The translations under genes were made by a program, and so were the position numbers. 64,000 nt of DNA from Biomphalaria pfeifferi (lineage: Eukaryota). Where the stretch lies: assembly GCA_030265305.1 (NCBI GenBank), contig JASAOG010000080.1, forward strand, positions 1,874,630 through 1,938,629. Direction: 5' to 3'. This document shows positions 57,373 to 64,000 of the stretch, in pieces (positions within the stretch are counted from its first letter, which is position 1; each line of letters opens with the position of its first letter). The notes beneath the pieces were generated by a model that was not told the origin of the DNA, ran no database searches, and saw only the letters and a program-made list of their open reading frames with translations.

Positions 57373-60300
57373 AAAAGGTGGAACGGACCGATATTGAAAT
57401 GTTTTCTTGTGCAGATATGTCTTATCCAGATATCTCTGTCTGTCTAGGTTATTTTAGTCTCGTATCCTGGTAGTTGCAGGTCAAATTAGTCTAATAAAGA
57501 TGCAGCATTGACTAATGCTATGATGCGAAGGTCATTTAAGGTGTATATAACACACGTACGCCTGTAATGAGCCTGATCTTCGTAAGATCAGCTTGGTCTT
57601 ATCGCTGATGTATGCGCTTGTCACACAAAAGCTGCTAACATAACGACGTACTACAGGCAAAAGAATTTCCAGGATTCTGAAACAAGTAGATCGAGAAGAA
57701 TCACGTTAGCGGAGACGTTTCGAAGTGTTTTCTTCCAGTTCATATTGTCGCAGACGACTCTCCCTTAAACGGAAGAAGAAACAATGTCCCTTACTTAAAA
57801 TAGTGTACTTTTCGAAACATTGGGATTAATGCTATTTTAAATGTACTTGGATAATATTAAAACCTAGATTCATACAAAGTTCCTCTTTCAGGCCTTGCGA
57901 TCTTTAAGTTTAAAGTACGAATCTGCATGTAATTTCGTAGGCAGGTTCTTTTTACCCCCAGGACGCTCAATAAGAACCGATTATGACAGATTCGCTATCT
58001 GACGTTTGCTATTCGCGAAAAACCGCGAGCTTTTTAAAAACTCCTTTGTATTTTATTTTCGGTATTTCGCCAAAAAAAAGAACGCAGTCTATACATAAAG
58101 CATTAAAAAAATGTCACACAAATTTCGTATTTTTAAAGCAATTTATTTCTTTTTTACTAAGTTTACTTATTTGTACTGTCTTGCGTTTTTTCCGCTTCTT
58201 TTTAGACGCCTATATAAAAAAACAAAACCAATCCTAATAGCATTAAAAATAATTTTGACCGGGGAAAAGGGGGGGGGGGGGGTGGAAGCGGATAAGTGAA
58301 AGGGCTACTGAAATTAACGGGCCCAAAATATGAGAGCGTGTATGTGTCAGGGGCGCATTGTGAAGCGGGTATTTTTAAATCAAGTAAAAAGTCAATGTCG
58401 GAGAAATACGATGCGCAAGTTAAAAATAAAAAAAAAAGCAAAATGGGGGTTCCAGAGAGTGAACGCCTTAAGAAACAATATAAGGCCTGGGAACAAATCA
58501 ACAGGCGTAGACGGTATGTACTATAATTATGTAAGAAAATACAGAGCGTTCAAAAACTCGTTCCTTCCTTACTCGGTCAGACTCCATCAACGCCACACTT
58601 CGATCAGAAAACTAGAAAAGGACCAAGATGCCTGTGTGTAGTCGCTGAATGAACTCTTTTATGTTGTGTCTGTTCTACTTATGTGTATCTTTCTGTTGTG
58701 TTGTCTGTATATGAGAAAAGAGTCCTTATAATCACAACAAATTTCCATAAGGATCAATAAAGCAGTCTTAGTCTTACTAATTAGAATCTGTTAATATATT
58801 TTTTTATATAATAGTCAATTGTTGGTAGTTTTTTATAAGTTTAGGATGTTTCCTCAGAAATGAAGATTATTCTTGTTATTATCCTACAGGCGAGGCACGG
58901 TTGCTGAGCGGTAAAGCGCTTGTCTTCCGAACTGGAGATCCCAGGTTCAAATCCTGGGATTTTTTAATTTCAGGATCTTTGGGAGCCTCTGAGTCCACTC
59001 AGCTCTAATGGGTCGTTGTGCTGGTCACATTACACCCTCGTAAACCGTAGACCACAGAAACAGATGATCTTTACATCATCTGCCCTACAGACCACAAGGT
59101 CTGAAAGGACTACTTTACTTTTCCTTCTTTTATCCTACAGGATGGTTGGGGATGGACGCCTGCAAGATTTGAACTCACGACTGTCATGAAGAGTCCGAAG
59201 AGCATACCACGTGACCAGGTGACCATCCTACTAGCAGTTAAATTCAATTCTGCTTTTGAAAGATTCTATAGTTGACATACACACACATACACAACTAGCC
59301 TGAAATATTTCCAAGGTTAGATACATTTCTAATCATTAACAATCATTTGCATGAAGTCTAAAACGTTATTTCAAATCACATTTTTATTATAAATTCTGAT
59401 TAAAAGAATACAATCTAAAATATTACCAACAACAAATTGATATTCCAGTTTACTACAGTCCTTCTTATATATATAGAATTGTTGATTTCTACAAATGTCT
59501 GCTTAAAAATCCCAAATTCTTGTATAATTGTTATAAGGCTGTATATCAACTCACTCTGTCTGTCTGGTAAAAAGTATGTACACGTATTTCTAACAAATTA
59601 GTCAATTAATTAATGGTAATTAATTTTTTGGTTTAATACCAACAAGGGAAACAAAATCCTTCAGTATTCACAGATATGGCTAGATTAGTTGGGTTTAGTC
59701 CTCATAATAAATTGTTAAAGCTATTTCTCTCTCATGCATTCATTCTCCAATCAAATTTATACTTTGAAAAATTATTTATGGCACCTAACAAAACACGAAT
59801 CAATTTTTAAAAATACCCAATTAGTATATTAATTATTTGGTAATTAATTATTTTGTTTGATATTGAATAAGGAAATAGCTTGAACATTATTAATAGATAT
59901 AGTTTTCAGGGTGGACATCTTCCCCTTTAGATAAGGAGATTTTTTTTTTTTTTAAAAAGGATCTTTTATATTTTTCTTGTTAAATTATTTTATCAATTTG
60001 ACTATTCCATAATTATCTTTTTGTTTAGTAAAGTACCCCTGGCACACATATATAACCTGAAAACTTTTCAAATTTGACAGTAATAAGTTTCTGATTTCTT
60101 CAGCATTCCATCCCCTCATGCAATCATTGAACTGAATAACAAAGTAACATCCTATTTTGAAAATAAAGACTAGTAACACATTTTCAGAAAGAGAAAATTA
60201 CCACGAATATCTTAATATGTGGAACTTATTAAAGACAACTCCAAGAGAAAACTTTGGCTATAAGAACTATTGTGTTCCTAAAGTTGAGAATAAAATATTA

Positions 60301-63300
60301 AAATTTGTAGTGTTCAGAAAAATATATAATACTGTCTCTAAATTAATGTTTCAATTTCAAGTTTTGAATACTTTGGTAAAGTTATATGAGATCTTAAATG
60401 ACCATAAGTTAGGAAAGTATCATAAGAATCTTTATATTGTATGTCTCCAGTGGAGCCTGTCACTAAAAGGCTAAAAACCAAAAAGAATTGATTGATTAAA
60501 ATACTGTCATTCCATTTTCATATTGAACTTGGAATATAAAAACCCTAAACCAAATTTGACTGGAATCAGAGGTTAGGTAAGTTGACTACACCGAATAGAC
60601 TGATCAAATTGTGCCATAAAGCTTAAAAGAAAAATATTGGACTCTGATTTATAATAGTTAAAATAGTTGTTGTTTGAATAATACTGTAGATATTTTTTAA
60701 GCCGTAACTAACCTTCTAGTAATATATGTCTGTCTCACATGTAGTCCATGTAGTTTTTTTAATTCTCATGTTTATGGAATAAGAAAGAATAGCTTCTATT
60801 GGCATTCAAATAAATAAAGCAAACCTGAAAAAAAAAATGAAAACAAAACTTGGTTAGTTTTGTTATTTGTCATAAAGGATATTTGACAAGTTATCTGTCT
60901 TTGAAATCACATAATCCAGAGCCAGCTTAGAAACACATTGATCACATTTATGTTGACTTCTAGGTTACATACATATTTTCTTTAACAGCTTTATAAGTAA
61001 ATATTGTTTACTTTTGGAGTGTTGCTAATAGACAGTAACAGATAAACACAAAAAAACAGACAAGAGACAAATAGCAACAATGGTGTCAGCCAAACGTAAA
61101 TTAAGATGCTGGTAGGGTCTACTTTGGACACATGCTACGAAATGCACACACAATTTATTTTAGTCCCTCAACAGCTGTGCTCACAATATTGTTTGTTTGA
61201 AAACAAAAACCTCAACACCTTACTTTAAAAATAGACTTAGCATACAATACAAAAGCCTCTAGAACAAAGCTTATCATTTTCAACAAAGCAGTTAGAAAAC
61301 CTAACAGTATGCTCAAAGATGGCTGGTGCTATAAAGTATGAATAAAGTTTCTGCATAATGTGTTGAAAGTAGTATGTGTAACTGACTAATTAAAAGGTAA
61401 TCTTCAAGGCAGGACAGTATAAACACACTCAGAACAATGCACTCTAGACTGTTGCTCGATAATCTCAATGGTCCCAGGTTCTTACCGGATACCCCCTCAC
61501 CCACAAATTTCCACAGATTGGACCTTAAAAAATGCCCACTGAGCATGCTTTTAGCATGACTTTATTAGGTGTATTATGTGACTTTATCATAATTCCGCAC
61601 TATCTCAGCTATGTTCTGAAATTAGCGCAGACAAAAAGAAACCAGTGGAATGTTTAACAGAAAGCAAATGTTTCTCATTACTAACACATGAAGACTTAGG
61701 CATTAAAAGGGCTAACAAACTTAAGAATTTTTAGTTACTGATGCTGAGTAAATAAACCAGTGGCCATTCTTACTTTTCATATACCTCAAACAATGTATAC
61801 AAGTACCTATTTTGTGTGTGTGATGTTTTAACATTTTTTTTTCATACCTGGATATGACAAAGATTATTACACAAATTCTCAAGCTCAAATGAACATTGCG
61901 CATACCTAGTGCATAGAGCTTGTTCAAGTTATGAGTCCACACATCAATGCATTACTGAATAGACTGGACCACCCTAGTAGATCTACTGTAGAATGGCTAC
62001 CAACTACGGAATTAAAAGTTAAAATGTTAAAAGTATTAAGTATAAATCTAGAGATCTAGATTAGAAGATTTCTAGATTTCTAGTCTAAATTTAGATCAAA
62101 TCTACATAATCTAGATCAGTGTTTGCCAAACTTTTATTTTTATTCACGTAGACTCCTTGTCATGTTTTTCAGTTTTCGGTAGACCCCCCCTCCTCTGCTT
62201 AGCTAATTATGCTCTTTTGAAAATTCATAAACTTAAAATGTGTTTTTTTTAAACTGATTTCTAATTTATATACATTTATAAATGAAATTCAAATTAAAGC
62301 AAAGTAAAATAAAATTTAATATGCATTGCATCAATTCAGCAAACTAAAATTAAATTCCTGTTAGTGGGCAGTGTTGATAATAAAATTTCAATATATATAT
62401 ATATTTGGAAGCCAAACACTTCACCGATCTGCCACCAAGTCCCCTGGTTTTATGGCAGGGGTGGCCAACCTATGGTGCATCCCCCTAAAGTGGCATATTG
62501 CACAATTACAATTTAAGCTTTTCATTATTAGAAAAAAATGAAGATAATTTTAACATTAATAAAGACATTATTTGCCTTAAGTCACTCTTGGGAAAAACCA
62601 GATGGTCAGAGATATTTAAGGAAGCAATTCATGTCTAGGAAATCATCAATTGAAAAAAGTTAACTAAAGTAAACTAAGCCCTCAATGACTGGTAGAGCTC
62701 TGGAACTGTAATCTTGCTTATGCCTGTCATATACTGATCTGAGCAAGCATTTTATTCATGAAAATGATGAAAAACAAAAAGAGGTCATAAAATTAACTCT
62801 CAATATTACAGATTTGTGACAGCAAAGCAAATTTGAAAAGTAGCTAAAGCTAGTTATACATATTGTCCGTATGTGTATTTTTAAAAAATTTAAAGTTCTT
62901 ACAGTGTGTATAAATTATAATTTGTCCATAGTTAATACAGAAATAATAAATTAAAATCATAAATGCAAACTAGAAATGCTAACCAAGAAAGACTTAATAA
63001 GTATATACGTTGTTTTTTTTTCTTAAATCCCCTCCGCTTCTATACAAATATGTACAAATTACCAAACATACACTTTAAAGGACGGAAACTTGTAAAATTC
63101 TAAGTGGGGCATCAGAACCAAAAGTTTAAAAAATTGGCGCATGGAACCAAAAGGTTGGCCACCCCAGTTTTATGGTGTCTTACTTAAAACCTTGTTGTTA
63201 GATCTAGAAATATATATATATCATTTCTATCTAGAAATCTAAATCTACCTATATCTCTGTAAAAGTAAAAATATAAATTTAATTTATATAAGAGAATCTA

Positions 63301-63486
63301 GCTAGATCTAGATTTATGATCTAATCTATATAGATCTAGATGAGTAGATCTACGTAGATCTAGTTATATATTAACTTTTATATATTCTAGTATTCTAGAT
63401 TATTTGACTCTGCCTACCCTATTGACTCTAGATCTAGAATTTTAAAAAAATCATGTCCAGTCAATTACAAGTTGCCCAGGCCCAGT

Positions 63487-64000
63487 GAGTGTTACTGTTA
63501 TCTTATATAATACAGACATTACTTCAAAAAAGAAGATGATTAGGTCCTAAACATCATGCATTTAGTCATGCATATTAACCAATGATCTAAATTCTGCCAA
63601 ATCATTGGTTTTCCTGGCTAGCTCAGGCAACCCATTCCATGCTTTAATAGCGCTACAAATTTGTCCTATTCCTAGCATATGGAACAAGGAATGTGCCTTT
63701 ATCTTTGTGTCTTTCTGAGTATTTTATTCAATTTTGTTTTTGTATTTGAAGATTATGGTTCATTGTTTTATATAATTGCTACTTTACTTTTAAGTCTTCT
63801 ATCCTCAAGGCTTTCTAAATATAGTGATTTTACTAAAGGTGTTACTCTAGTCAAATGTGAATATTCATTTGTTATGAATCTCACTGCTCTATTTTGTGTC
63901 TGTTCCAGTTTCTTAATGTTTTCTTGAGTTGAGGGGTCCCAAACAGAGGATGCATATTCTATTATTGGCCTAACCAAGGTTAAATAACATTTTAGTTTTA
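63487..64000 (-). mobile_element. CR1-like LINE 3'-terminal fragment, copy 4 (runs off the window end)
   Basis: Minus-strand ORF 63768-63977 reads MVRPIIEYASSVWDPSTQENIKKLEQTQNRAVRFITNEYSHLTRVTPLVKSLYLESLEDRRLKSKVAII, and its nucleotide sequence matches the other three copies. Confidence 0.78.

Noticed and set aside
58111-58641. Cluster of 60-100 aa ORFs on both strands around a G13 run
   Set aside because: Lysine- and phenylalanine-rich low-complexity translations of AT-rich DNA. They have no splice signals, no similarity and no consistent frame.

Overview
This 64 kb window is AT-rich (about one-third GC) metazoan nuclear DNA, probably from an invertebrate. It is not prokaryotic: it has spliced genes with GT-AG introns, poly-A/T tracts, tRNA-derived SINEs and degraded LINEs. 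Five host loci can be supported from sequence alone. (1) An HGH1/FAM203 homolog on +, three coding exons at 4568-7225. (2) A Mediator subunit MED19 homolog on -, with exons at 8346-10864 and possibly a first exon near 11314-11362. It converges tail-to-tail on HGH1. (3) A GLT1D1 (glycosyltransferase 1 domain-containing 1) homolog on -, with at least 8 coding exons at 42561-50702 and the 5' exon(s) unresolved. (4) An intronless 472-aa orphan gene at 18571-19989 (+) predicted to encode a type II membrane protein; it is GC-richer than its surroundings. (5) A tentative small five-exon gene on + at 31008-37120 whose intron has been invaded by a MITE, CR1-like tails and an L2-type LINE. The rest is mostly interspersed repeats. 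These include two tRNA-derived SINE families (at least 9 and at least 6 copies) and a CR1-like LINE 3'-tail family ending in a (GATAA)n-like microsatellite (4 copies). There are also L2, RTE and I/R1-like LINE fragments, a hAT-like MITE family with 8-bp TSDs, a Tc1/mariner-like MITE, and a 2.56 kb non-autonomous TIR element (31-bp perfect TIRs, T8 TSD) carrying a LINE RNase H fragment. No rRNA or CRISPR was found, and the only tRNA-like sequences are SINE heads, not bona fide tRNA genes.
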